DNA of 64,000 nucleotides, taken from an uncultured Clostridia bacterium. Lineage in GTDB: Bacteria > Bacillota > Clostridia > Christensenellales > UBA1242. This document shows, piece after piece, positions 1 through 9,700 of this stretch. Below the pieces are notes generated by a model. The model did not search any database, was not told the origin of the DNA, and was given only the letters and a program-made list of their open reading frames with translations. Each line of letters starts with the position of its first letter. Position 1 is the first letter of the stretch. Location of the stretch: assembly GCA_944383685.1 (NCBI GenBank), contig CALWQM010000006.1:25767-89766 (forward strand). The letters run 5' to 3'. The translations under genes were made by a program, and so were the position numbers.

Positions 1-1431
1 ACCTCAACATTCCTTGATATTTACATTGAAAGAGATATGCAAAAGAAGTTGATGACCGAAATGGAAGCACAAGAACTTATTGACCAATTTATTATTAAAC
101 TTCGTCTTGTTCGCCATTTGAGAACACCTGAATACGATGAAATTTTTGCTGGGGACCCAACTTGGGTAACAGAAAGTGTTGGTGGTATGCTTGATGATGA
201 AAGAAGTTTGGTTACCAAAAACTCATTTAGATATTTGCAATCATTAATCAATCTCAACCCTTCACCAGAACCAAATTTAACCATTTTGTATTCGCAAAAA
301 CTTCCACTTAACTTTAAAAAGTTTTGCGCAAAGATTTCAATACTCACAGATGCCATTCAATATGAAGGTGACGATGTGATGCGTCCAATATATGGAAGCG
401 ATTATGCCATTGCTTGCTGTGTTTCTGCAATGAAAGTTGGAAAACAAATGCAATTCTTTGGTGCAAGATGCAACTTGGCAAAAGCCCTTCTTTACTCTTT
501 AAATGGTGGTGTAGATGAAAAATCTGGCGCACTTGTTGTGGATGGCTTAAAGAAAAACACCGAAAAAGTTTTGTCTTATGACAAAGTTTGGAAAAATTAT
601 CAAAAGACAATGAAAATTGTTGCAAAAACTTATGTTGATGCAATGAATATTATCCACTATATGCATGATAAATATGCTTACGAAGCAGCGCAAATGGCAT
701 TACATGACACACATGTTGAAAGATTAATGGCATTTGGGGTTGCAGGTTTCTCTGTTGCAGTTGACTCTTTAAGTGCAATCAAATATGCAAAAGTTAAACC
801 AATAAGAAATGACGAAGGTGTTATTGTTGATTTCGAAACAGAGGGTGATTTTCCTAAGTTTGGAAATGATGACGACAGAGTTGATGAAATCGCTGTTCAA
901 CTCGTTCAATATTTTATGGATTGCTTAAACGAACAAAAACCATACAGAAATGCAAAGCAAACTTTGTCACTTTTAACAATCACATCAAATGTTATGTATG
1001 GCAAAAAGACAGGAACAACACCAGATGGAAGAAAAGCAGGCGAGCCTTTTGCACCAGGCGCAAATCCAATGCATGAGAGGGATTGCTCTGGGGCACTTGC
1101 TTCCCTCAATTCAGTTGCAAAAATCCCATATTGTGGATGTTGCCAAGATGGTGTTTCAAACACCTTCTCAATTGTGCCAGATGCTCTTGGTAAAGACGAA
1201 AAGTCAAGAGTTAAAAATCTTGTAAATGTGTTGGATGGTTATTTTGTTCAAGGAGCACAACATTTAAATGTTAATGTTTTAAATAGGGAACTTTTAATTG
1301 ATGCAATGAACAACCCTTGGAAATATCCAAATTTAACCATAAGAGTTTCTGGATATGCAGTTAACTTTAACAAACTTTCAAGGGCTCACCAAGAAGAAGT
1401 TATTGCAAGAACCTTCCACACATCTAGATAA
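1..1431 (+). CDS. pflB: Pyruvate formate-lyase (formate C-acetyltransferase), 5'-truncated by window edge
   Basis: Frame is open from base 1 ([12 protein letters not shown]...). Catalytic IACCVS pair and glycyl-radical motif [10 protein letters not shown] are present. The activase gene follows. Confidence 0.97.
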   Translation, partial: TSTFLDIYIERDMQKKLMTEMEAQELIDQFIIKLRLVRHLRTPEYDEIFAGDPTWVTESVGGMLDDERSLVTKNSFRYLQSLINLNPSPEPNLTILYSQKLPLNFKKFCAKISILTDAIQYEGDDVMRPIYGSDYAIACCVSAMKVGKQMQFFGARCNLAKALLYSLNGGVDEKSGALVVDGLKKNTEKVLSYDKVWKNYQKTMKIVAKTYVDAMNIIHYMHDKYAYEAAQMALHDTHVERLMAFGVAGFSVAVDSLSAIKYAKVKPIRNDEGVIVDFETEGDFPKFGNDDDRVDEIAVQLVQYFMDCLNEQKPYRNAKQTLSLLTITSNVMYGKKTGTTPDGRKAGEPFAPGANPMHERDCSGALASLNSVAKIPYCGCCQDGVSNTFSIVPDALGKDEKSRVKNLVNVLDGYFVQGAQHLNVNVLNRELLIDAMNNPWKYPNLTIRVSGYAVNFNKLSRAHQEEVIARTFHTSR

Positions 1432-1508
1432 ATTTAAATTTTTAGATTAGTTTAAATATTAGCTCATCAATGAATTACAAAAGTTTAATTTTGAAAGTAG
1501 GAAAAAGA

Positions 1509-2207
1509 ATGATTAAAGGAAATATAGATAGCTTTGAAACCATGGGACTTGTGGATGGACCTGGTGTTCGCTTTGTTGTGTTCATGCAAGGGTGTCCACT
1601 TCGTTGTGCATATTGTCACAATCCTGAAACATGGCTTGACCAGACAAAAATTCAAATGACCCCAGAAGAACTTGTGAAAAAAATACTTAAATACAAACCA
1701 TATTTTGGTGATGATGGTGGGGTTACTTTTTCTGGTGGAGAACCTCTGCATCAACCAGAATTTCTTCTTGAAGCCTTAAAGGAGTGTAAAAAGAATGGAA
1801 TTAACACTTGTTTAGATACTTCTGGCTTTGGAGATAATTATGATGAAATCCTTGATTATTGTGACTTGGTGATTTTGGATGTTAAAGAGCTTGATGCAGA
1901 AAAGTATAAAAAATTAACAGGTCAACCGATTGATAAATTTTATGTTTTTTTGAACAAATGCCAAGAAAAGGGTGTTAAAATGTGGTTTAGGCAAGTTATC
2001 TTGCCACATTATAATGACACACCAGAAAGTGTTTTAAAGTTAAAAGATTTTGCTTCAAAGTGTCAAAATGTTGAAAAAGTTGAACTTTTACCATACCACA
2101 GCATGGCAAAGGAGAAATATAAAAAGCTGGGAATAAAATATAGGCTTGAAAACTTAGAAGATATGAACAAGGAAAGGTGTAGAGAATTGGAAAAACTTTT
2201 AAAATAA
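1509..2207 (+). CDS. pflA: Pyruvate formate-lyase activating enzyme (radical SAM)
   Basis: GLVDGPGVRFVVFMQGCPLRCAYCHNPETW (CxxxCxxC) and GGVTFSGGEP. Start moved to ATG 1509 after the purine-rich AAGTAGGAAAAAG. Confidence 0.96.
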   Translation: MIKGNIDSFETMGLVDGPGVRFVVFMQGCPLRCAYCHNPETWLDQTKIQMTPEELVKKILKYKPYFGDDGGVTFSGGEPLHQPEFLLEALKECKKNGINTCLDTSGFGDNYDEILDYCDLVILDVKELDAEKYKKLTGQPIDKFYVFLNKCQEKGVKMWFRQVILPHYNDTPESVLKLKDFASKCQNVEKVELLPYHSMAKEKYKKLGIKYRLENLEDMNKERCRELEKLLK

Positions 2208-2246
2208 GTCTTATTATAGGTAAGAAAGTTTTGAGATTATCATAGT

Positions 2247-2290
2247 AACAGCACTTTAACGTCAAAAGGTTAAAGTGCTGTTTATTTTTG
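2247..2290 (+). terminator. Intrinsic terminator of pflBA
   Basis: Perfect 14-bp stem AACAGCACTTTAAC / GTTAAAGTGCTGTT with an 8-nt loop, followed by a T-rich tract. Confidence 0.85.
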
Positions 2291-2435
2291 TCTGCAAATA
2301 TCATTTAAACCTGATATGTTCAGGTGTATATTTTTTAAATTTTATTAAAAAACAGATGGTAAAGAACAACCAAAATTCATATTTTTAAAAGGTTACTGAA
2401 TTTTTTCAGTTTTTTTTAATTTTTTTGTGAAAATA

Positions 2436-2464
2436 TTGACTTTGATTTCTTTATATGTAATAAT
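2436..2464 (+). promoter_or_regulatory. Sigma-A promoter for ORF 2493
   Basis: TTGACT-N17-AATAAT with TG extension. AGGAGG SD precedes ATG 2493. Confidence 0.6.
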
Positions 2465-2492
2465 AAAAGTAATAGTATTTTAGGAGGATAAA

Positions 2493-3245
2493 ATGAAAAC
2501 TTATAGTAAAAAATATAGAAAAATGGGGAATAGGGCAGAATTTTTTAATGGTGAAAAATGGGTTGATTGTGGATTGAATTTTGACAATTTATATGTTATA
2601 GATGAGCATTTAGAGATTGCTATTGGTAAGGAATTAGAAAGTGGTCAAATTTATTTAATTATCCAAGGACAATATGACATGCCTTATAATATGTGCGTAG
2701 AAACAAAAGAAGGAGCTTATCTTTTTGCAAGTTTGAATGAAGATGGGAAACCAAAATCTTTATCTGCTGATGGAAAGTGGTATATGTATGCTGTTGATGC
2801 TAAAAACAATGTTATAGGAGATCAATTTGCAACCTATCAAGATTATTGCGGTTCAAGACCATTAGACTATGGAAGAGTTCTTTTTAATGATAAAATGGCA
2901 ATTGATCCAGAAGGGAATATTATTGATGCAAATAAATTGGATAGATTACAAGAAATATATGATAAGCCAACTGATTTTTTCAGTTTGAAAAAAGAAGATT
3001 ACACAGATAAAGCATTTATTAATGCTGCAACAGTAGCAGCTAAAAATGGGATAAGAAAAGATGTTGAAAATTTTAAATCTGTGCCTCAAGCATATGCAGA
3101 ATGGGTTGAGAACTTTTGTAGTATGGTTAAAGAAACTATTGAAACAACTTATAAAACACTTGAAGCAAATCCAGAATCAAAAACAACAGATGCGGAAAGT
3201 GACGCGGCAAAGAAAAATATCGAGAATATTTTGGGAGGTTTTTAA
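2493..3245 (+). CDS. Hypothetical cytoplasmic protein (ORFan, 250 aa)
   Basis: Long ORF with a strong SD (AGGAGG) and its own promoter. No recognised motif. Confidence 0.85.
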   Translation: MKTYSKKYRKMGNRAEFFNGEKWVDCGLNFDNLYVIDEHLEIAIGKELESGQIYLIIQGQYDMPYNMCVETKEGAYLFASLNEDGKPKSLSADGKWYMYAVDAKNNVIGDQFATYQDYCGSRPLDYGRVLFNDKMAIDPEGNIIDANKLDRLQEIYDKPTDFFSLKKEDYTDKAFINAATVAAKNGIRKDVENFKSVPQAYAEWVENFCSMVKETIETTYKTLEANPESKTTDAESDAAKKNIENILGGF

Positions 3246-3247
3246 AT

Positions 3248-3337
3248 ATGACAAAAAAGGAATTTCTTAAATTACTCGATGAAAAGTTTGATGAAATAAA
3301 AAAAATGATTGAAGAACACTTTAAAAAGAAATCATAA
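3248..3337 (+). CDS. Small 29-aa charged helical protein MTKKEFLKLLDEKFDEIKKMIEEHFKKKS (not in ORF track)
   Basis: GGAGGT SD lies within the last codons of the upstream ORF, ~8 nt before ATG 3248. The ORF ends just before a terminator. Confidence 0.6.
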   Translation: MTKKEFLKLLDEKFDEIKKMIEEHFKKKS

Positions 3338-3345
3338 TTAATAAA

Positions 3346-3373
3346 ACGCATGCCAATGGGCATGTATTTTTTT
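3346..3373 (+). terminator. Intrinsic terminator
   Basis: CATGCC-AATG-GGCATG hairpin followed by a T run. Confidence 0.65.
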
Positions 3374-3545
3374 AAATTTTAAGTGAGTAAATTTATAATT
3401 AATAGGGAAATAAAGGTGCAACTCTTGTATTAATTATTGAAAAATCAAAGCTTGTAAAAGCAATCATGAATAATAGAGACTTGCACTTATAATAACGTCA
3501 ATAAAAATAAAATTTTGTTTATAAAAAAATTGTCAAAAATAATGT

Positions 3546-4214
3546 ATGGACTATTTATTTTTAACAATTTTAGGCTTATATGGCGTTAAAGGTTTTCTCA
3601 AAGGTTTTGTAAGAATGCTTTTGTCATTGTTTAGTGTGGTGATTGTTGCTATATTAGCTTATATGATTGTTTTAAAGCTTTCAAATGGTCAAATTCTTTT
3701 TGGCATATATGATTATTTTAATTCAATTTTCGAGGATATTTTTAACAATTTGATTCCTGGTCAATTTTCAAATATAGACGATTTAATTGTGGCAATTGGC
3801 AGTTCTAATGTAATTATAACTCCTATTATAAAACTTGTTTTAAAAGGAGTTTATATGGATGGCAATATGACAGCAGGGGAGATTTTGGCACCCAATTTGG
3901 CAATGCTAGTATATAAAATAATTTTGTTTGTAATTGTCTTTTTACTTTTATCTGTCATTGTTAAACTTTTGAATCTAGTTGTCAATTTGATTATTAAAAA
4001 AACAGGTCTGTCCCTTGCAAACAGAACTGTTGGTTTGATTTTAGGTTTATTAAAAGGTATAATAATATCTTCAATTCTATATTTAATTTTATCAACTCTT
4101 GCAAGCTTAAACATCAGCGAAGGACTAACTAATTTTATGAATATGGGTGCCATTTCAAATTATATATATCAAAACTTTGTTGTGGCCATATTTGAATTTG
4201 TGTATTCACTGTAA
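3546..4214 (+). CDS. CvpA (colicin V production) family membrane protein
   Basis: N-terminal G..KGFLKGFVRMLLSL pattern and C-terminal NRTVGLILGLLKG motif. Multiple TM segments. Confidence 0.75.
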   Translation: MDYLFLTILGLYGVKGFLKGFVRMLLSLFSVVIVAILAYMIVLKLSNGQILFGIYDYFNSIFEDIFNNLIPGQFSNIDDLIVAIGSSNVIITPIIKLVLKGVYMDGNMTAGEILAPNLAMLVYKIILFVIVFLLLSVIVKLLNLVVNLIIKKTGLSLANRTVGLILGLLKGIIISSILYLILSTLASLNISEGLTNFMNMGAISNYIYQNFVVAIFEFVYSL

Positions 4215-4462
4215 TTTTCATCTTCAAGCACAAGAACTTGGCTGGTGTTTGGAATGTTTTCAATGTCGTCTTTTTTATCATCAATTTTATCTTTGAGAAC
4301 GCATATAACAATGATTTCAACAATTATCCCAATAATAAAAAGCACCAATAAAACAATAGAAAAAATTTTTAAAAATTTATTTTTTTTATTATTTTTTTCG
4401 CCTTCAAGATTATTTTTATTGTTTTTTTCTTCTTTTATTTCTTTTTGTAAATTTACTTTCAT
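4169..4462 (-). CDS. Small bitopic membrane protein; possible degenerate DivIC/FtsB-like septum protein by synteny
   Basis: Charged N-terminus, one TM and a short heptad-like segment. Lies immediately downstream of yabP-yabQ, where divIC normally sits. Confidence 0.5.
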   Translation of the reverse strand: MKVNLQKEIKEEKNNKNNLEGEKNNKKNKFLKIFSIVLLVLFIIGIIVEIIVICVLKDKIDDKKDDIENIPNTSQVLVLEDENYSEYTNSNMATTKF

Positions 4463-4799
4463 TTTTAAATTTATTTTTCCCTTTTAATTTGATATTATTG
4501 TAACATTTTTTTAGGCTTTGTGCAACTAAATTTCCAAGTAATATTCGTTCGATGGTAAAAGCCAAAGCGAATGAAAACAAAACATAAAATCTAAATTCGC
4601 CATAATTTAAATTTAAATTAATTAAATAAAAAATAAAAATACTTAAAAAAACACCTAAAAATAATATAAAATTGTTAAAAAACTTAATTTTTATTACATT
4701 TTTTAATAAATTTAATAAATCAAAAATAAATCCGGTTAAAAAACCGAATAAAATTATTAATAAAAATATATGAGGTTGGCTTAATGTTTCATATAACAT
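4416..4799 (-). CDS. yabQ: Spore cortex biosynthesis protein YabQ-like
   Basis: MLYETLSQ...GFLTGFIFD and NYGEFRFY motifs. Coupled to yabP by a TAATG overlap. Confidence 0.75.
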   Translation of the reverse strand: MLYETLSQPHIFLLIILFGFLTGFIFDLLNLLKNVIKIKFFNNFILFLGVFLSIFIFYLINLNLNYGEFRFYVLFSFALAFTIERILLGNLVAQSLKKCYNNIKLKGKNKFKNESKFTKRNKRRKKQ

Positions 4800-5050
4800 T
4801 ATTTAAATATCCTTTTCAAGAAGCTTGTTTTCTCTTGTTTAGTTGAATATTTTATTGAATTAACTTCACCTGAAAATTCCACTTCTTTATCTTCAAGATT
4901 TAACTTAACAACTTCCAAATTGCTTCCTGAAATAATAATGTTTGACTCTGCAACTTCAACAACGGCTTGCGTGCTTGTGCATGAAACCACTTTTGTTGCT
5001 CCATAAATTGTTAATAACTTTCTATTTTCTAAGACAACTTTTTCTTCCAT
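4799..5050 (-). CDS. yabP: Sporulation protein YabP/YqfC family
   Basis: LENRKLLTIYGATKVVS...IISGSNLEVVKLNLE...SGEVNSIKY pattern, AGGAG SD, and position upstream of yabQ. Confidence 0.85.
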   Translation of the reverse strand: MEEKVVLENRKLLTIYGATKVVSCTSTQAVVEVAESNIIISGSNLEVVKLNLEDKEVEFSGEVNSIKYSTKQEKTSFLKRIFK

Positions 5051-5066
5051 TTTTTCTCCTTGCTTT

Positions 5067-5095
5067 ATTTTATGTAAGATTTAATTTAGTTAGAA
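5067..5095 (-). promoter_or_regulatory. Candidate sigma-E-type promoter for yabPQ
   Basis: Minus strand TTCTAAC-N14-CATAAAAT. The -10 matches the CATAnanT consensus, and yabPQ are sigma-E genes in Bacillus subtilis. Confidence 0.45.
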
Positions 5096-5102
5096 TAATT
5101 TG

Positions 5103-5131
5103 TTGATATATTCTTGAAAATATATTAAAAT
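5103..5131 (+). promoter_or_regulatory. Sigma-A promoter giving a probably leaderless RluA mRNA
   Basis: TTGATA-N17-TAAAAT, then 6 nt, then ATG 5138. No SD. Confidence 0.6.
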
Positions 5132-5137
5132 AAACTT

Positions 5138-5959
5138 ATGATAAAAAAAGATATTGTGGTTAGTAAAGGAAAAAAACTTTTGGATGTCATTGTTGATAAT
5201 AATTTTTCATACGCAACAGCCCGCAAAGCTTTGAGAAATAAAGATATTAAGGTTAATGGCAGGGCTTGTAAGGAAAATGTTAAAGTTGAAGAAGGAGATG
5301 TTGTTACGATTTATTTCAAAGAAGATGCTCAAATTAAGCCTTATGAAATTGTGTTTGAAGATGATGATGTTGTGATTGTGAATAAGTTTTCAGGTGTTGA
5401 GGTTGAAAATGGGATAGATAAACTTTTAAATGCTTATGCCGTTCACAGGTTGGATAGAAACACAGAAGGGCTTCTTGTTTTGGCTAAAACTGTTGAAGCG
5501 AAAAAACTTCTTGAAAAGGCTTTTAAACAACATTTGATTAGAAAGTTTTATTTGACAGAGGTTGTGGGAGAGTTTGAGGTTAACAAAATGTTTACAGCTT
5601 ATCTAGAAAAAGACAGTGAAAAAGCCTTGGTTAAGGTTTTGCCTAAGAAAACAGAAAATTCTGTTAAAATTGAAACATATATAAAATCTGTTAAAGTTGG
5701 AAAAGAAAGCAGTTTGGTTGAAGTTGAAATTATAGGTGGGAAAACGCATCAAATAAGGGCTCATCTGGCATATTTAGGTCATGCTATTATTGGGGATGGT
5801 AAGTATGGCAAGCGTGAAGATTATAAAAAGTTTAAAGAAAACAAACAAAAACTTTTTGCCTACAAGCTTGTTTTTGGAAATGTTGGAATTGCAGGATTGG
5901 ATGGGAAAGAGTTTAAAATTCTTCCTAAGTGGCTTAAAAATGTTAAAGTTGACATTTGA
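5138..5959 (+). CDS. RluA family RNA pseudouridine synthase
   Basis: N-terminal S4-like segment, catalytic VHRLDRNTEG, GKTHQIRAHLAYLGHAIIGDGKYG. Confidence 0.93.
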   Translation: MIKKDIVVSKGKKLLDVIVDNNFSYATARKALRNKDIKVNGRACKENVKVEEGDVVTIYFKEDAQIKPYEIVFEDDDVVIVNKFSGVEVENGIDKLLNAYAVHRLDRNTEGLLVLAKTVEAKKLLEKAFKQHLIRKFYLTEVVGEFEVNKMFTAYLEKDSEKALVKVLPKKTENSVKIETYIKSVKVGKESSLVEVEIIGGKTHQIRAHLAYLGHAIIGDGKYGKREDYKKFKENKQKLFAYKLVFGNVGIAGLDGKEFKILPKWLKNVKVDI

Positions 5960-5976
5960 TTGTAAATATGTTTTTT

Positions 5977-6001
5977 AAAGTGGCAAACAGCCACTTTTTT
6001 T
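5977..6001 (+). terminator. Intrinsic terminator
   Basis: AAAGTGGC-AAACA-GCCACTTT plus T run. Confidence 0.8.
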
Positions 6002-6015
6002 CATAAATAAAAATA

Positions 6016-6486
6016 ATGACAAAGAAAATTTTAACTAAGAATTCATATTATGAAGGTCTTTTGCAAGACCTATATTGCGGAAATGATGGTTTATTTTCAA
6101 ATTTTTTGCATTTTTTCTATCAATATAACAACATTTTTGTGTTTTATGAGAAATTTTCTAATGAGTTTCAAACTTTATACAAACTTGAACTTGAAGCATG
6201 TGAATCTGTTTGCAAAGTGATATTTTCAATGGGTGGTGACCCAAAATATTTTTCTGCCAACAAAAAATATATTAGTGGAATGAACATTGATTATGTTAAA
6301 AACTTAAAGAATATAGTTGAATTTGATATTGAACTTATTGAAAAAAGTTTGATTGATGTTAAGAATGTGATTTCTAAGATTGACGATGTGGAGATAAAAG
6401 CGAGAATAAAAAATATTTTACAAATCAAAAAGGCAGAAGAAAAAATTTTAAAAAATTTGTTTTTAAAATTAAATCAAATAAATTAA
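6016..6486 (+). CDS. Ferritin-like (CotJC/Mn-catalase-related) protein, metal ligands apparently lost
   Basis: LLQDLYCGNDG...FFYQ, IFSMGGDP and NIDY...DIE spacing resemble the clostridial ferritin-like family. ExxH motifs are absent. Confidence 0.55.
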   Translation: MTKKILTKNSYYEGLLQDLYCGNDGLFSNFLHFFYQYNNIFVFYEKFSNEFQTLYKLELEACESVCKVIFSMGGDPKYFSANKKYISGMNIDYVKNLKNIVEFDIELIEKSLIDVKNVISKIDDVEIKARIKNILQIKKAEEKILKNLFLKLNQIN

Positions 6487-6690
6487 ATTTCATAAAATAA
6501 GCTAAAAATTTAATTTTTTTATAAAAAATTGCATTTTTAATTCATTTTTATTTAATTTTTTAAGATTTTTCTATATGCGATAAGATGGGATTCTTATGAT
6601 TTTTTTTCATTTTATTTATTTAAAATGATTTCCAAAAAATTCTATATTTTTATATAAATAATATTTATTTATATTTTTTATCATTTTTAT

Positions 6691-6720
6691 TTGATAAATT
6701 CTTTTGTTAAGTGGTAAAAT
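6691..6720 (+). promoter_or_regulatory. Sigma-A promoter of the giant lipoprotein gene
   Basis: TTGATA-N18-TAAAAT with TG extension. GAGAGG SD before ATG 6759. Confidence 0.55.
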
Positions 6721-6758
6721 AAAATTAGATATTTGAGTTTGGAAAGAGAGGTAAAGTC

Positions 6759-9700
6759 ATGAAAAAAATTAACATATTGTTAGTATCGATTTTTACTGTT
6801 CTTGTTGGAACATTTCTTTCGGCATGTAATTTTAAAACGGAGTCCGCTTCTTTTACGCAAGATGAGATAAGTGTGTCAGTTGGAGATGAGATAAATCTTG
6901 CAGATTACATTGAAGCAAAAGAAGTGGATAAAAATGATATTACCTTCAAATTTTCCAACTCTGCTTTGTTTTCGCAAAATTCTTCTGTTTTAACTGCAAA
7001 TAGTTTTGGGCAAAGCGTTGTTTATGCAACTTATGACGGCAACACTTTGGACAGCATGAGAATAGTTGTTAGAAAGCCTTTTGAACAAGTTACAAATATC
7101 ACCATGGATGATTTGGGGCTTGTTACATGGAACAATGTTGTTGATAAATTTGATGAAACAGAAAATTTTACTTCTCCTTCTCAATATAAGATTCATTTTT
7201 CATATGTCAACATGGATACCCAAGAAACAAGAGAGTATGATGAATTTGTTAATACAAATAGTTATCAACTTGTTGAAAACGGCAGATACACTTTAACATT
7301 TTATGCTGTTGGTGAAGGCAAGTTTGACGATTCTTTGCCAGCAAGTGTAACTGTTTATTTTGGTTATATGCCAAAACTTGCAAAAAGTGATTTTACCTTT
7401 GATGTGACAAACAACACTTTAACATGGTCAAATGTGAGTGATGCTTGTTATTCTGTTGAATTTAACGGACAAGTTATAAGCGAGAAACAAGCTGAAAACT
7501 CAATCAATCTCACAGAAAACTTAGCTTCTTTGGAGGCAGGCGATTATCAGCTTAACATTATTGTGCATGATAAAAACGAAGAAAAAATCAGTGTTAAGAG
7601 TGAAGATATTTTAATCAACAAACTTGTTGCACCAGTTGGAGAGAACTTGTTTGATGAAACTTCTGGCGGTAGATTTCAAATAACTGCACCTGACAATTTT
7701 GAAAAAGTTGAAGTTAAACTTGGCGAAGAATTTTCTTTTGATTTCAATGAAAAAGTTAGTGTTACAACCTTTGAAGGAGTGACAGCTGGAAAATATATGG
7801 TGACAGCAAAAGTGTTTGCAGAAGAAAGCGATACTCCTGGGGTTTTCTATGCTGACAGTGATATAGTTACCCTTGGCTACATCTATAAACTTGACAAATT
7901 AACTTTGCAAGGAACAGGAAACAATGCTGTGGATGCCACTAGTTTTAACTTTGATGTTAATAGGACTTTTAATGAAGTTACATCAAAGGTCAAAGTTGTT
8001 TTAAAAGGCGGAGAAACTGTTGAAAAAGTTGAAGACGGTTTCAGCACCTATGAAAGTAATTTAAACAAAAATGTTGATGTTGCAGAAAGTGGAACATACA
8101 ACCTTTCAGTTTTTGAATTAGCTGGACAGGCAACAATAAATTTTGAAAACGATGATTGCTTTGTTATTAACAGTGATGAGAGTGATTTGTTGAATTTTGT
8201 TAAACTTGATGCATTTTCTAATTTTGCTGGTTATGAGGCTGTTGTGCATGCTTATGAAACTGACAAATCAATTTTGCAATTCAACCTTGTTGAGTCTGCA
8301 TCAAATTACTCACTCTTAGTTAAAAATGCAGAGGAATTTGAAACGGTTGAGCCAGATTTATATTCTTATGAAAATGGAAAGTTTACATTTAATGGAAAAA
8401 TTGAAAATTTGTTTAGTGATTACATAAATTCTAATGAAATCACTTTTAAAATTGTGGCTGAAAATGAAAATAAACAAAATTCAATTTCTTCTTCTGCAAT
8501 TAAGACTTTATCAGTTTTAGAAACTCCAACAAGTGATGGCGGAAACATTGAAAGTGATACATATAGCTTTAATTCAGTTGCCGGCGCTGATGATTATTTT
8601 GTGAGATATGCAATTATAGATAAAGTTCAATATTCACTTGGTGTTGACGGAATAGAAACAGAGAGCTTGTCATTCACAGAAACCACAATAAGCGAAACAA
8701 GTTTAACTCTTGATGCGGGAAATTATTATTACATTGAAATAGCAGCTAACCCAGAAAATGAAAGTTTGAACTTGACCTCAAACACATTTAAAGCTGTTTT
8801 CTTCCTTTCAAAGGCACTTGATACCCCAGTTGTTTCTTTTGGATATGATGAAAGTTATCAAGGAGCAATAACTGATGCAAGCGGTTATTTTCTTAAAGTT
8901 AACAATGTTGAAAATATGGAAAGTTTGACGGTTGTCAATGGTGCAAGCCAAATGACTTCATATTCCACAGGTGAAAATGAAACAATTTATCTTTTTACAG
9001 ATAATTTTAGTGCTGAAATTTCTGTTGATATTATGGTAACTGCACACTCTAATGACTCCACAATTTACTTAGATAGCGAGACCTACACATTGACAGTTAC
9101 AAGGTTAAAAAGTATTCAATATGCAGATTTAATTTTTGACGAACTTACAAAAAACATGACTGTCAAAGGCGGAATTGAAGGGGTTACAAAAATAAGAATT
9201 TTTGAGAGTGGCACAATCAAGGTTGAAAGCCCAAACATTGACGCTGTTTTAGGTATTTCAAAAATAACAAATAGCACAGTGACGGTTAATTTATATGGCA
9301 GTAAACTTGAAGATAAATTATTTGAAGTTGTTGACGACAAAGTTTACCTTGACAGTGCAACATCAACATTTAATTTAAGACGTTTGGAAAGCCCAACTGA
9401 GTTTAGTTATAAAGATGGAAATTTAACATTTGTGACAGACAGAACAAGGGTTGAATATTTTGTTCTTGACATGTTCTTGGTTGATGTAAATAATAATCAA
9501 AAACTTTTAAAAGTCAACTTGACAAGTCCTGAAATTGATGTTGATATTTATGATGTTCTTGCAGACGAAATTGCGTTGATACAAGAAGATATCAAACTTA
9601 CAGGAGAGGTTCTTTCAGGGGATGGTACTTTTGAAATTGACTTTAACACCTTGCTTTCTTTAATTAAAGAAAATGAAACTTTGAACACCTATTATTCACA

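Noticed and set aside
1129-1146. Extra cysteines (YCGCCQDG) in PflB
   Set aside because: The catalytic CC pair and glycyl loop are normal. I cannot show this variant is unusual without an alignment.
2309-2417. Two small CTGA..TCAG inverted repeats (2309-2325 and 2395-2410)
   Set aside because: The stems are only 6 bp with different spacers, as expected by chance or as a weak terminator. No supporting regulator.
3405-3492. Protein-like reading GNKGATLVLIIEKSKLVKAIMNNRDLHL in the gap before the CvpA gene
   Set aside because: No start or SD for the full stretch and no recognisable homology. Cannot support a pseudogene call.
6575-6600. c-di-GMP or other riboswitch at the ATGGGA hairpin upstream of the giant lipoprotein
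   Set aside because: It lacks the GCAAA/GNRA-receptor architecture, is too short, and lies upstream of the predicted promoter.
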